A stretch of DNA of 64,000 bases from Octopus sinensis (GCF_006345805.1 NC_043012.1:4960001-5024000), one strand, 5' to 3'. Counted from the stretch's first letter, positions 1 to 13,995 are shown. A program made the numbers and translations. The notes: generated by a model not told the origin, from the letters alone.

Positions 1-113
1 CCCGCGGGACAGGTGGAGCTTTAGGTATTTTCGATCAATAAACGCTCACAACGCCCGTCTGGGAATCGAAACCGCGATCTTATGACCGTGAGTTCTCTGC
101 CCTAACCACCACT
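1..113 (-). mobile_element. tRNA-derived SINE head fragment (family E here)
   Basis: Aligns with the SINE head at 62155-62270 and with the reverse complement of 34077-34190; cut by the window edge. Confidence 0.8.
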
Positions 114-126
114 CCATTAGAATAGA

Positions 127-241
<115 letters not shown>

Positions 242-815
242 ATATATATATAATATATATATATGTATATATATATATAATGTAATAATAGCCATTGAAA
301 TAAATATGATACTGAGGCCTTTCCGATAGGAGATGCTTAGCGGTATATCGTCCATTTTCACTTTGTGAGTTCAAATCCTGCCAAGGGTGACTTCGGACTC
401 GTTGAAATAAGTACCAGTTGAACACTGGAGTCGATGTAATTCACTCATCTACGGCCCCCAAACATTGTTGCCCTTGTGGAAAAATTTGAAGCCATTATTA
501 CAAATAATAATATTAAAAAGCAATAAATAAAAGAATTATATCCAGCAGTCAACACTCACATTTGAGCAATCCAAGGCAAAATCAAAATCACCAGTTCGCC
601 ATTGAGATTTCATAATCAAATCCTTATCTGGACTCAAATTATTTTCACGTATCCATCGTAAAAACATGCAGTTTCTTTTGTTCTTTACTTAAAAGTTAAT
701 TTCTCTTTTTAAAAAAAAAATCTTCAAATCGTCTCCTTCAAACACCCACAAGGCAAATCGACGGAATTGACCATTGTTGTTGTTGTTGTTATTATTTAAT
801 ATTTAGTAATTTCAA

Positions 816-1022
816 GACGGCGAGCTGGCAGAAACGTTAGCACGCCGGGCGAAATGCCGTTACGTTCTGAGTTCAAGTTGCCTTTTATCCTTTCGGGGTC
901 GATAAATTAAGTACCAGTTACGCACTGGGGTCGATGTAATCGACTTACTCCGTTTGTCTGTCCTTGTTTGTCCCCTCTATGTTTAGCCCCTTGTGGGTAG
1001 TAAAGAAATAGGTATTTCGTCT
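816..1022 (+). mobile_element. tRNA-derived SINE, family A, internally deleted
   Basis: Head GGCGAGCTGGCAGAAACGTTAGCACGCCGGGCGAAATG and body CCTTTCGGGGTCGATAAATTAAGTACCAG, both shared with 18515-18744 and 51252-51775. Confidence 0.85.
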
Positions 1023-1032
1023 CTGAGTTGTA

Positions 1033-2840
1033 CGAGCTTGTTTGTTTGGCTATTTTGAGAGAGGTATTAAGGCTAGACAAAAGAGGAGTGGTGATAGTGA
1101 GTCACCCTGGAAAATGCCACAAGAAATTCTTACATCTCCAGCATTTAGAGATTCATTGTCACTGTTCAAAGTCAGTGTGGTTCTCCATGATCTCATACTT
1201 ACAGGCAAAAAGTTTAGCAGAGTAGGAGCTATTTTATACATTTCCAGACATTTCTTAATCCAGCTGTGTAGTAGGCTATCAAAAGCATTTTTATAGTCTA
1301 TCCAGGCTATTGATAAGTTTTTGTGTCGTTTGTGACAATCTTCTAAGATCATCTTATTGATGAGTAGTTGATCTTTACAACCGTAGGATCCACGTTTACA
1401 TCCTTTTTGCTCAGTAGGGAATATACTACTTCCTATTAAAAAACTATAGGTATATTCAGTCAGGACAGATGTTAGCGTTTTATACATTGTTGTTAAGCGG
1501 GTTACTTTTTTGGTTCATTTGTTTCTTTCTTTTTTGGAAGTAGGAATGTTAATCCATTAACTTGTCAAGAATGGATCATACTAGGATGTTGCAAAACATC
1601 GTTGTAAAGTTTTGTTTGTAGTCCATGGCTCTCTGGGAAGGCATTCAACCACATTTTCTTGCCATCCTGAGAGCAGATCTTATATCTTCTACCTTGACAC
1701 CTTCCTACTTTTGCTCCTCTAAGGAGTCCAAATCTGTAGATATTCTGTCAATTCAAGGGGACTTTTCATTGTGTGTTTTTTCTTCTGCCCAAATTTTATT
1801 CCAAAATTTCTGCACTTCTTTTGATGGGACAGACTTTACTGTAACTGGTGTTTTCCCTATCTTCCTGTAAAACGTTTTGGGGCTAGTTTTGAACATGTTG
1901 TCCTTGAAGAATCTAATGCGCTTTTCACACCTTGCTAAGCAGACTTCTTTAGCACATACCTTTGTCGTGATGGTTTCTATGGTGGTATCAATGTCAAATA
2001 TGATTTTCATATATTTTTCTTTAACTTTCGGGATTTTGTCGGTTTGATAGTCTTGTTAAACTTAAGGTTTTTCAAACATTCTACGTCAGATCTAAGTAGA
2101 TTAATTTGGTGTTGAATACGCTTTTGCCAAGAAAGCTTTTTGATGGGTTGTTGCCGTTTTCTAATCTTTTCACCACATAGAATCGTTGAGATTTTCGCGG
2201 ATGCATAGTACAGGCGGTTGAGATCTGTAATATCAACATCATTAGCTGAAATTATATCCTTAAGTGCAAGACAGATTTTACCAATTATTTTCAGGTTTTG
2301 GTTAGAATTGCGAATTTTTGGGAGAGAATCCCGTTCATTCATACTGGTTAATTTAATTTTCACCCATTCAATCATGATTTGATTTTTTAGATCATCTAGT
2401 TCATTTGGGTCAATTTCTGTGTGACTTTCTTAATCTATTTGATTTTCATCTGCCTTAGTGTTTATGGTTGGTTCAGAGAGTATTTCATTTTGCCGATCAA
2501 TTATATTAACTCTTTCAATAATTACTGCATTTTCATCAGCCCTGGGTTGGTCTACAATTATTTCCTCTATAGCATCTTCTTTAGCTGCAGTTTCGTTCTT
2601 TTTATCCCTTATTGATTGTTTAATTTGGTCAATCTCTATTTCAGCTAGTAATTTTTTTCATAATGTTTCTTCTGACGTTGTCATGTTTTGTTACAATCTA
2701 TGTAGGGTCTTACTTCAAGATGTTTCTGCCTCCAGTTTAAGTAGGTTTGCACAGTATTAGATTTATTTGTGGGGAAATATATGGCGTGGTTGAAGGCCAT
2801 AAGAAATTTTTCATTATCATCTTTATTATCTTCCCTAGAT
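1033..2840 (-). mobile_element. R4/Dong-clade non-LTR retrotransposon, copy 1 (N-terminal region to mid-RT; 3' truncated, frameshifted)
   Basis: Translations EQKGCKRGSYGCKDQLLINKMILED, AWIDYKNAFDS and GIFQGDSLSPLLFCLAL are RT motifs of RLE-type LINEs; upstream frames give YLNWRQKHLEVRPYIDCNK and FKTSPKTFYRKI. Confidence 0.9.
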
Positions 2841-2842
2841 CA

Positions 2843-2843
<1 letters not shown>

Positions 2844-2912
<69 letters not shown>
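2844..2912. repeat. (TTA)n microsatellite between R4/Dong copies 1 and 2
   Basis: Direct reading. Confidence 0.95.
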
Positions 2913-2914
<2 letters not shown>

Positions 2915-5175
2915 TTTTTTTTTCTTCTTTCAAATTTTCTTCCATTTCTTGCCGAGTGTCTTCCCGACTCCTAGGGCAAAGAAACTCATAGTGTATATTG
3001 GTAGGTCATTAAACCAAACTCAGTAGTTCGTTAATTTTTTATTATTATTATTTTTTTTTAAGTTAAATTAAAATACATGAGCAGCAACAGTTCTCACATC
3101 GACAATGCTCTTCTCAATACGTGTGATGTACCAGTTAACAATCTTTTGCACTTCTTGCAGGGATGGTAAGCCAGGGATCATTCTCATATAATTTTCGGTT
3201 CCCTTCTTGATCATTCCTAGTGCTCCTACGATCACTGGTATTGTAACCGCCTTGAGATGCCATATTTTCTCAATTTCAATGAGTAGGTCTTTATATTTTC
3301 TGAGCTTGTCAAACTCTTTCGCTGAGATATTATGATCACAGGGGATGCTCATGTCGATCAATAAGCAAACTTTATTGTTTTGGTCTTTCACAACAATATC
3401 TGGTTTATTGGCCTTGATGGTTCGGTCTGTATGTACTGGAAAGTCCCACAGAATGGTTACATTTTCTCCTTCAGTTACAGCCTCAGGGTGGTGATTATAC
3501 CACTTGTCGGCAGTTTTGATATTGTAATGCCGACTTATTAGCCAGTGGAGATATTGGCCAACTCTGTCATGTCTTAATTTATACTCCACTGGTGCTAAGA
3601 CTTTACATCCAGAGATTAGGTAGTCCACTGTTTCAATCATGTCGTTGCAGAATCGGCATTTTGGGTCTGCTCCATTTTTCATCACATTGGCCTGGTAGTT
3701 CCGGGTTTATAGCTTTGGTCTTGAGCAGCCAGGATGAAACCTTCGCTCTCTGCTTTTAGCCCTGAGCTCCGCAGCCACTGATGGGTTGCTTCTGGTCAAC
3801 ATCAGCTTGTTTGCTGCGGGTCACATATTGCCGTGCAGAGTTTCTCCTCCCACCTATCAGCCATTGCTCGTGCGCTTTTTTCATTGCCATCATTTTCACC
3901 TTCTTTGCAACAATATTTGCCGTACTTCCCTGGGTTGTTCAGTTTGGGTATCCTGCACGAGATCAATAGCAAATTTTTTGCTTTCCTTGATGATAGAAGG
4001 AAGCTTCTTTCGTCTCTCGTGATTTTCCACGAGCTTTAGCATCCAGTTATTCGATATTTCGAGATATTTGGCCAGTCCAATTGGTGGTTTGTTTGTAAGC
4101 TAGTTCAAATTGGATCAGGCCTCGACCTCCTTGGGCTCTGGGAAGGTAAAGGCGATCTACGTCTGCCTTTGGGTGGTGCATCCTATTACAACTCAGCAGC
4201 TTGCGTATTTTTCTATCTATATTCTTTACTTCACTCATATTCCAGTTCAACACATTGTAGCTATAAGTAACAACTGGAACTGCTAAGGAATTTTAGCTAA
4301 CACCTTGTTACATGCATTTAGTTCAGATTTCAGGACTGCACGAACTCTCCTATAACATTCCTTCCTGATTTTCTCTTTCATGCTTGCATGCTGAATACCA
4401 GAGCCTTCATTTATCCCTAAATATTTGTATGTTGTTCTTGCTCAAGCTCTCTTATGACTGTGTCAACATCTAACACGACTGAATTTGTGGTCTTCACTTT
4501 CCCTTTCTGGAAAGTGGCCTTGGCACAATTCTCAAGTCCAAACTCCATCCCGATGTCATCGCTGAATGCTTTCACGGTGCGCATAGGCCTTCAAGTTCAT
4601 TATTTTCTTTACCATAAAGTTTTAAGTCATCCATATAAAATAGATGGCTTATTTTTTTATTGGCAATTTATACCCATACCCTGTTCTGTTTAATTCACTT
4701 GTAAGGGGTATTAGGCTATGCAGAATATTAAAGGTGAAAGTGAGTCACCTTGAAAAATTCCACAGTTGATGTTTATATTTTCTGAGGCAAGTACTCATTA
4801 GAGTGGTATAATTGGAGATTCGTATTCACAACGACATATTGTGCTTCAGGAAGTTTGAAATCACAGGGGAAATTTTGAAGATGTCCAGCGATCTCAAGAT
4901 CCATGGATGCGGTCACTGTCGAAGGCCTTTTTATAGTCAATCCATGCGGTGCTGAGATTTCTGCGCTTGTTGTGACAGTTCTCAAGGATCATACGATTGA
5001 TTAGCAGTTGATCTTTGCATCCGTAAGAGCCTCGGCGGCACCCTTTTTGTTCAATGGGGAAAATATCGTTCTTCTCCATGAATGCATATGTTTTCTCCGC
5101 CAGGATAGATGTTAGGATTTTATATGTGGTGGATAGACAGGTTATAGGCCGATAGTTTTTTGGAAGGTTGGTTTC

Positions 5176-5182
<7 letters not shown>
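2913..5182 (-). mobile_element. R4/Dong-clade LINE, copy 2 (5'-truncated: RT, CCHC knuckle, restriction-like endonuclease, 3' UTR)
   Basis: NYRPITCLSTTYK, EQKGCRRGSYGCKDQLL, GIFQGDSLSPL, HLFYMDDLKLYG (near 4615-4650), DRLYLPRAQGGRGL, CRFC..ETVDYLISGC..Y..RHD, NKPDIVV..IDMSIP; ends in a short UTR and an (AAT)n tail. Several frameshifts. Confidence 0.93.
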
Positions 5183-5211
<29 letters not shown>

Positions 5212-5358
5212 GCCTTTGCACAGCTTCTAACGCTGGAGATGTACTGCGGTGTCAGCTGCTCGCTACCAGTGAACTAAGGTAACACCTCTTATTTTTCGAG
5301 CACCTTCTGGAGTATTCGAGCGGTTCCAAGCAGTGCTATTTTCTGCAAGTGCTCACCC
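5212..5358 (-). mobile_element. R4/Dong-clade LINE, copy 3 (3' stub of a different subfamily)
   Basis: Translates EHLQKIALLGTARILQKVLEK*, homologous to the copy 2 C-terminus; followed by a UTR and the (AAT)n tract at 5177-5211. Confidence 0.8.
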
Positions 5359-5797
5359 TTATTGCGGCCCCTATTTGTTCCACGTACATCACTATTATTA
5401 TTATTATTATATTATTATTATTATTATTATATTATTATTATTATTATTATTAGTTAGCAGAATCGTTAGCATGCTGGGCAAAATTCTTCGCGACATCACG
5501 TCTATCTGTAAGTTCTGTTTTCCAATTCCGCCAGCTCGAATTTGCTTTTCATTCTTTCGCGGTTGATGAAGAGTGTAGTATCTATCTTTTCGCCTTCCTT
5601 CTTGACTATTCGTGAAATAAGTAGCAGTTCAATACTGGGGTTGACGCAATCGACTGCTTCCTCCCACCCCTAATTCCTGCCTTTGTGCCTATAGTAGAAA
5701 GCATTATTATTATTATTGAGGCGGCAAACTTGCGGAAACCATACCACACCGGACAGAATGTTTAGCGGCATAATGACAATACGGAATATTATTGGTC

Positions 5798-6113
5798 ATA
5801 TACTTTAATACAGAGTCACTTCTCCCCATATATCCGGTCTAAGACCGCCTATCATCCCCATCAGCTTTTATCCATCTCTCTCTATTCGATCCTCTTTAAG
5901 ATTTTTGTCATGCTCTTTCGTTCCAAATTTACCTCTTTCCGCAATGTCCAATCTATTATTGTTGTCTTCCTTAGATTCTTAGAACCGTCTCTCTCAATCC
6001 GCCCACCAATCTAAGATCTGCATTATTCTTTCTTCCTAGAGATGTCCATTTCTACCTTAAATTTCTGCAATCCTCTAGAGCCAAATCCACTACTTTCCTA
6101 AGGTCTCTGATAG
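5798..6113. repeat. Left arm of a ~315 bp inverted repeat pair (partner 7619-7932)
   Basis: Reverse complement aligns along its length with 7619-7932, with scattered substitutions and one short indel. Confidence 0.85.
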
Positions 6114-6596
6114 GATCGACTTTGCCTTTTGTCCTTTCACGGCCGTTGAAGCAAGTACCATTTGAGCACTGGGGCCTATGTCATTTATTCATTCCTTCTC
6201 TAATCTTTCTAGGTTTGTGCCAAAATTTAAAAACCATAATTTTTGCTGTTAGTGCCGCTATTACTGATATTGCCGTTTCTATCACGGTTGCTATTACGAA
6301 TTAACGAAAGTGCAACTCCACTTGCAAGAAATAAAAGATAAAACACCGTCAAAGTTTACCATATGGTCCTTAGTTATGGTTAGATACTACTACTACTACT
6401 ACTACTACTACTGTTGCTGCTGCTACTGCTGCTGCTGCTGCCGCTGATTGCTGCTGCTGTTGGTGCTACAGTTATTAGTATCTGTCGTGTGTGCTCTTGC
6501 GGCGTATTGCTCCGTCTGTACTCTTCTTGTCGTTATTGCTAATACAATTAGTTCAATAACAACAGCAGCAGCAGTAGTATTAGTATTAGTAGTAAC

Positions 6597-6645
<49 letters not shown>

Positions 6646-7618
6646 ATAGAAACAGCAGCAGCAGCAACAGCTGTAGTAGTGGTATTGCTGCTGCTGTTGC
6701 TGTTGCTGTACTGCTGTTGCTGCTGTTTCTGCTAAGGATTGTCATACGACTCCTCTATTGATTTTTTTCTTCTCAGATCAGATCAGGCAGTTCAGATGAC
6801 TTTCGTAAGATCTGCAAGATGTCACGCCATTTTCGCTTTCCTTCGTTCACCCTTTCTTTCTTTGTCCTTTCTTTCTCTCTTTCTTTCCTCCCTACCATCT
6901 TGTCAATAATCAACAACACATACATCATTATCATCCTCATCATCATTAGCAGCAGGAAGAATGCAATAATTAGGACTAATTTCATTACAAGAAGATATTA
7001 TTCGCCTGCAGTCACGTACTTTTGTCGCATTATTTTCATTAGAAATACATTTTTTTTCTTTATTTGTTTGTTTGTTTTTTTTTGTGTGTAGATTTTTCAA
7101 TTGTAAAAAAAAAACAAAACAAAAAAAATCACTCGCACACACTCGAAAAAAACAAAGCAAAACAAAAAATACTAAATAATAAAAAACAAATTAAACGAAG
7201 TAAATGTTTTATTTCGCAAATTATGACAATTCTGAATTGAGGTTAGTAAAGATTAACCATTCAACAAATACAGACCTTAAAATATTTTCCGTGCTTCAAA
7301 TACAGAAAAAAAAATCCTATTAGTTTTATCTTATTTTGTATTTTCAATGGAGAAAAACGAATTCTCAATTGAATTAGAGTATATTTGATTATTTGTTTTG
7401 TGACTCGTACAATTGTTCTTCAGACGAAATTTTGTTTTGCAAAGGAGTTAATTTATCTAATTTTATTGGGTTATTCTCGTTATTTATTGCTTTTTTCTTT
7501 ACGGATTTGAAATGTACTTGGTTATTACCATGCGTGGTGAGGTCGTTCAGGATTCAAAGGTACAGCAAGCATCTTTGGTTTAGAAGTAATTGTGATTGTA
7601 GGTGATTGTGGTTTGCTT

Positions 7619-7932
7619 CTATCAGGCATCTTAGGAACGAAAGTAGTGGATTTGGCTCTACAGGTATTGTAGAAATTTTAGGGTAGAAAAGGACATCTCA
7701 AGGAAGAAAGAATAATACAGATCTTAGATTGGTAGAAGGATTGAGAGAGACAGTTCTAAGGAAGACAGCAATAATAGATTGGACATTGCGGAAAGATGTA
7801 AATTTGGAACGAAAGAGCATGACAGAAATCTTAAAGAGGATCGAATAGAGAGAGATAAATAAAAGCTTATGGGGATGATAGGCGGTCTTAGACCGGATAT
7901 ACGGAGAGGAGTGACTCTGTATTAAAGTATAT
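7619..7932. repeat. Right arm of a ~315 bp inverted repeat pair (partner 5798-6113)
   Basis: Ends GTGACTCTGTATTAAAGTATAT, the reverse complement of ATATACTTTAATACAGAGTCAC at 5798. Confidence 0.85.
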
Positions 7933-7934
7933 TC

Positions 7935-8180
7935 TTTCCAGGACCTCAATGTAGGTGGCAGAGTTAAGTGTAATGCGTTGCGGAATGAAGTAAAGAGGCA
8001 TCACGTGTCCTTAATTACTGACAACCACTAAATCCATGACGGTTGCAGAAAATTGTTCCTCACATAACCATCTGTCATTTTTTCTGTTAACTTTTTGATC
8101 TCGGTCAAATTTTTTTTTTGTTTGAGAAAAATCAAATCAAATGTTTATGGCTGGATTTTTCAGTTAGTTTAAAAGCCTTT
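7935..8180 (-). mobile_element. Tc1/mariner-superfamily (maT/DD37D-like) transposase fragment
   Basis: DQKVNRKNDRWLC, then KFSATVMDLVVVSN*GHVMPLYF...YIEVLE; DNA-homologous to 14730-14860. Confidence 0.75.
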
Positions 8181-8461
8181 CAGACACACACACACACATA
8201 CACACACACATATATATATATATATATAATATATATATATACATATGTATATATTTATATAGCTATAAATGCACGTACATATACGAGAGAGAGAGAGAGA
8301 GAGACACACACACACACACACACAGACAGAGAGAGGCAGAAAAGAAATTACTGAGAGAAAGAGAAATAAAAGCTTGTTTGCAAACATTATTAGGTACACA
8401 GCTATTTCTCTAAGAAACTATTAAGAGATAGATAAGTGAAAAAGTGTATATACTTTTTTTG

Positions 8462-8620
8462 TTGTTGTTTGTTCCTTCTCGATCCACACCTGACTCGTTA
8501 GAGCCGGTTTCACAGTTTCCTTGGCGTATAGGTTCCCCACCTGGACGGGACGCCGGTCTGTAGCAGGTGATCCCCCGACCGCGGGGCCGCTGCTCTTACC
8601 ACTAGGCCATGTGCCTCCAC
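8462..8620 (-). mobile_element. tRNA-derived SINE family E, internally deleted
   Basis: Head and tail match 34077-34382, but the middle is missing. Confidence 0.85.
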
Positions 8621-9465
8621 AAATACTCTTTTAACATACTTTTTTTTACCATATATGGAGAGCATTCATTTAGAATTAGTTTTTGGTCAATTTTCTCGAC
8701 AAAAACGTTTGATAGATTTGGCTGGTAAAGTAAATACCTACACTATAAATTTCCAGAGTGTTTGCAAGGAAGCTACAAAATCTTGACCTCCATATTGTCT
8801 TGAAACGAGCTGAAATCTATGGTTATCCGTTTAGGGGCTTGTTTCCACTGGGCGGTTTAATCAGAGTGTCACAGAATTATCAAAGATTCGTATCAAATTT
8901 CGGTACTACAATATGTCAATGCTGAGGAAACTTGACTTCCATATAAATCAAGCCGCCCATCAGTAAACGTATACAGCAGACGAAGTACAGCTTGCCACTT
9001 GGGATTAACGACAGCAAATTTAATTTGGGCAAGCGATTCGTCAGATTGCGATGCAGAATTCAATTTATGCTTCGACAGTAGACCAGCATTTCTATCAAGA
9101 TGAAAACTTGTTTCTTATATGTTTAACGATGCAACTTGTTTTTTAAATGACAAAAAATCAAAGATGATCTTGGGCTGAGTTGAAACAAGTTCGTAATTCG
9201 ATATAACTAAATAACCGAAAATATTTAGCCTACTACCACACTAATTTGGCCATTGAACTGTCCTAATAGTATAATAAAAGTACTAATAATGATCGCAGAC
9301 TGAAGTAGCAATGAAATACCCTCGATTCACATATTATCATCTTTAAAACTGGAAGTGTATTGGATAATGTAGCAGATAGTATAAAACACATACGATGTTA
9401 GAAATGTCTTCTACCATGGTTCTTAATCAGGCTCAGCTGGGATGAAATGACGCAAAGAATAACTA

Positions 9466-9505
<40 letters not shown>

Positions 9506-10832
9506 GCTACTACTACTACTACTACTGTTATAACTGTCCAACTAGGATATGAGTTCATGGCACAAATAATCTTGAAAGAAAATCTTCAATCACGCGCTTT
9601 CAAACAATTGATTAAAAATATGATCCGAGAGCTATCACCAAAATATTGAATCTAAAATTTGAATAATTAAATTTTGGTATAAGCCCATGAAAATTTGAGG
9701 CAAGCAAGGATTTCACGGGGTTTTAATCTGTTTGGGACAAAATCATTGCCAACAGTTTCATTCGAATCTTTACCTCACGGGACCTTTACAGCTATCCTCA
9801 TGATCTTGATTGCGTGCGATAAGTACAGTCATCCTAAACATTCATTTGGAAGAAATTGTCTGCTTCTCAAATTTTTGGCAATGTTGCAAACATATGCATC
9901 GCTTGTGCCAAGATCTAAATAAACTTGAAAGGTGACTGCGGAGCGTTTCTGAAAAAGAAATGAGGCGATAATATCCGAAGAAACAACTTCAATGTATGAA
10001 ACTTTCTTCTGCAAAATTTAGCAAACAGCATATTGATCAGGACTATTTTTCCAATCCTACCATCAACAATATGGAAGGAAATTATCCAAGGTTTTTGATG
10101 CCAATCTGTCAAAAATTAGCACAAAATACACAGGCGTGCAGTAAGTTTGGGTTCGTTGATATTGACATACGCTATAAATGTTTCTATACTTAATGTAACT
10201 TTTTTCAATATTTCTCCATAATGGAACGCAGTTCAGTTGATGGAGACCGAATTGTTAGAGTTTTGGGTCAATTATATCTCAGAGCTTATCAATGAGGGTT
10301 AACTTTTAAATTTCATCAATGTACTGATTTTCATACCAGGATATTGGACCAGCTTTTGTTGTCCAGCAATACAAGTATAAAGCATTTATCCCTGTAATTG
10401 CCTGAAACTTCAGACTTGATCAAATGGATATCGTAAAATGAACTTGAATCTCTTTGTTTTAGAAATAGGAAACGTTTACTAGAAAATACCTTCTATTGTC
10501 TTCTAGCGGCTCCGTAAGAGCTTATCTCAGGCTGGCCTTCAATAAGAACACAGTGTTCTCTTCGTCTTCGTTGCCTCTTTTTCCGTATACTGCTTAACAG
10601 ACCCTGATAGAAGGACAATGATTTTGCAAATGTTTGGCAGCTTCAGAATCTGCTGCAAAGTAAGCACAAAATCCTATGGGCCTTCATCGATAAGTTTAAA
10701 GGCATAAATGGTCCAAAAGGTTTTAATTCGGCCCTCATCAACTTCCTTCGCAGCTATTACATGAGCAACTAAACTTGATGACAAATAGCTAAGGAGACAC
10801 CAAGTGTCATGATGATGATCATCATCATCATC

Positions 10833-10992
10833 TCTTCTTCTTCTCCGCCTTCTTCTTTTTCTTCTTCTTCTTCTTCTTCTTCTTCTTCTTCTTCTTCTTC
10901 TTCTTCTTCTTCTTCTTCTTCTTCTTCTTCTTCTTCTTCTTCTTCTTCTTCTTCTTCTTCTTCTTCTTCTTCTTCTTCTTCTTCTTCTTCTT
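10833..10992. repeat. (TTC)n microsatellite
   Basis: Direct reading. Confidence 0.95.
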
Positions 10993-11540
10993 CCTTCTTG
11001 ACCCGTGATCAGAGAGTAGCCATCTTTCCGACTACTATCTTCACCAAGACCAAACCAACTTACCTGTCTCTTCATAAGCTGTCTCCTTAAACTTTCAGAA
11101 TAATTTTTCCATCGTCTTTGCTTAACAACCTTCATTGTTTGTTTTTACTGTTTTGTCCTCATTGTTCTGTCTTTTACTGCTTTTACTTTTTTATTGTTTT
11201 TACTGTCTTGTTCTCACTGTCCTGTTTTCGTTACACATACACCTTCCGCAAAAAATCCCAAATTTTATTTAATTTGCTTTGTGGGAAGGACTGTTTCAAT
11301 GAAGTTGCGTCTTGTCCTTACCTTCGTAACGCGGAGTAGATGAAGCGTGGACAACTGAAGAAGGGGAATATTCCGTGTGTTGTATGTTTTGTTTCTCTGT
11401 TTTTTCGTTGTTTAAAAAAAGTACGTTTCTATGTCTTTGTTTCTCATTGCGTTCAACGTTTTTTTTATGTCCTTTACCCATATATGCATGCATATATACA
11501 TATGTACATATATGTATGTATATATGCATATATTATTTAG

Positions 11541-11674
<134 letters not shown>

Positions 11675-11952
11675 TTGAAATTTACAGGAAAAAAAAGACG
11701 AAGACGGGTGTATGAATAACAAGCTGGTATACTAGTTTGACGCTGGGGAACGTGGGGAGGTCTTTTACGATTGGGCCCTACGCCCTTCAACAGAAAGGAG
11801 TAAGAGAAAATAAACAGAGAGAAGTTTTTAAAAAATTGTGGATTTAGCGGTAAAAAAAGACACAACCACATTTACACATGTCAGTGTTCGTTGATGCATG
11901 TAAGCGTGCTTGCATCTGTGTAAATAATCAATTGTTTCACACTCCATATTCG

Positions 11953-12057
<105 letters not shown>

Positions 12058-12255
12058 GTATATATAAGCTTTTCATCAACAAATTTTCTGTTGTAATCAT
12101 TTCAGGTTATTGAACATTTGAGCGAGTGTTCTGTACTTAGTTGCGCAAACTTATATAAAGTTTTGAGATTTCTAGAGAGCAAGAAGTACTCTAATCACAC
12201 ACAAGCACACAGACAGTTATGTATGCATGTATGCATATATATGCATGTATGTACA

Positions 12256-12309
<54 letters not shown>

Positions 12310-13464
12310 TATACATATGTATAATGAAGTTTGGAATTACATCATATCAGTTGGCTATGCTTTTGAGGAATCAGTTATTTAGTAGCAATCAGAGAGTAGT
12401 TTGGAAAGATTTCAACTATAAAAAATAAAAGGTAAAGGAAAAACAAAGAAGAAGAATAAAAAAATTGATCTGAAGTTTCTATTAATTACACTACAGCGAC
12501 ACCCATCCCTTCCATACACCTTTCAGATATAATGACTACAGACTACAGAGCAGAGAGAGCATCGAGATCGAGTTTGCGAGACATTCAGGGTTATCAGGAA
12601 ATGAAAGGATGCACCCGACAGCTGACTTGTCATCTTCTTAATGGAAATACACAGTTGAAAGCTGTGTTTAATGAACAAAATGGAATTGGTTCAACGCAAT
12701 ACATCAGGTTTTATATTAGAAGAAATCTACGAACGAAAACGAAAGGCAAAAAGCCACGTGCCAAATTTATGTCGGATCTCTTTTGTATAACGTACGATTT
12801 ATGTTAGTTTTCTAGTTTGACTTTTGACACTTTTTATCGTTTCACCTTTGACCACAATAAAACGGCTATTAGATAAATAAAGAGAACAAGACTATCAAGC
12901 TAATAGAATAACAGTCGTATTATGATTTATGTTTTCTACTTTTCATATGTGTGTACACAATGTATTTTATTACTGCCGTAAAATCGAAGTAAAACTTTCT
13001 CTTCAATCAGTACTGAAAGACTTCAAACAAGACATTATTTTATTTAATAAATAATATCAATATATAAATATTGATTTTTTTTATAGAGGCACTAAAACAA
13101 ATTTCGTGAACGTTGTGTAGTTCATAAAATGTACCTCAATAGATAAGAAGTTCTGTACTTTAGCGTTCCTAAAACGATGACAGCTGAAGGTAGCAGTTCT
13201 AGCTATACTGAGACTGCATTTTAACGAGATATATATATTATGTTCTAGCCATACATACGTACGTACGCAGATGCATACATACGTACGTACATGTGTATTT
13301 GTGCGTGTTTACGCGAGTATGTAAGAATGTATTCATATATAAGTTAACAAAATGATATGTATGTATAAAATATAAAATATATAAGTATACATGTATATTA
13401 TAAGTATATGTAAGTACGTATATATATATATATTATATATATAAGAAGTATATATGCATATATG

Positions 13465-13576
<112 letters not shown>

Positions 13577-13589
13577 TATATATAATAAA

Positions 13590-13995
13590 TCTCAAGTGAG
13601 ATTTAAAGAAGAATCTTGCAATCGAGAAGGTGGACCTCAGTGAACTTTATATTCGCGCAGTTTGTGACAAACTCTGCCCTTCTTTTGCTGGGCTCAAATC
13701 TCATTTGCAGATCCATGAAAAACGAAACTCCCCCAACTCCTGTGCCTATATATCTGTGCACACCTTTCAATGCTGTGTATGCCATAAGGTCTACAAATCT
13801 AATCAAGGCCTCAAGATACACTTTAAGATCCACAAATATCAGAGCTTAACTGCAGCTCTTGGTTCACCAAATCAGATATGAGGTCCATGTGGGTGTCTTT
13901 TCAATACATTGTCTGGTTCAAAAAGCCACATCAGACGCCATGATAGATCTAAAATATAAGTACAAGAGTTGGTCAGACACTGCATAAGGAGTAGA
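13590..13995 (+). mobile_element. 3' end of an RTE-like LINE encoding three degenerate C2H2 zinc fingers
   Basis: AVCDKLCPSFAGLKSHLQIH, CCVCHKVYKSNQGLKIHFKIH and CGCLFNTLSGSKSHIRRH (the last after a stop), then a short UTR ending GAGTAGACAGCCACCATATAT; begins at an (AT)n tract. Confidence 0.65.

Noticed and set aside
10993-11130. CAG|GTAAGT donor (minus) as a host exon
   Set aside because: No upstream polypyrimidine acceptor; lies against a (AAG)n tail and looks like a repeat 3' end.
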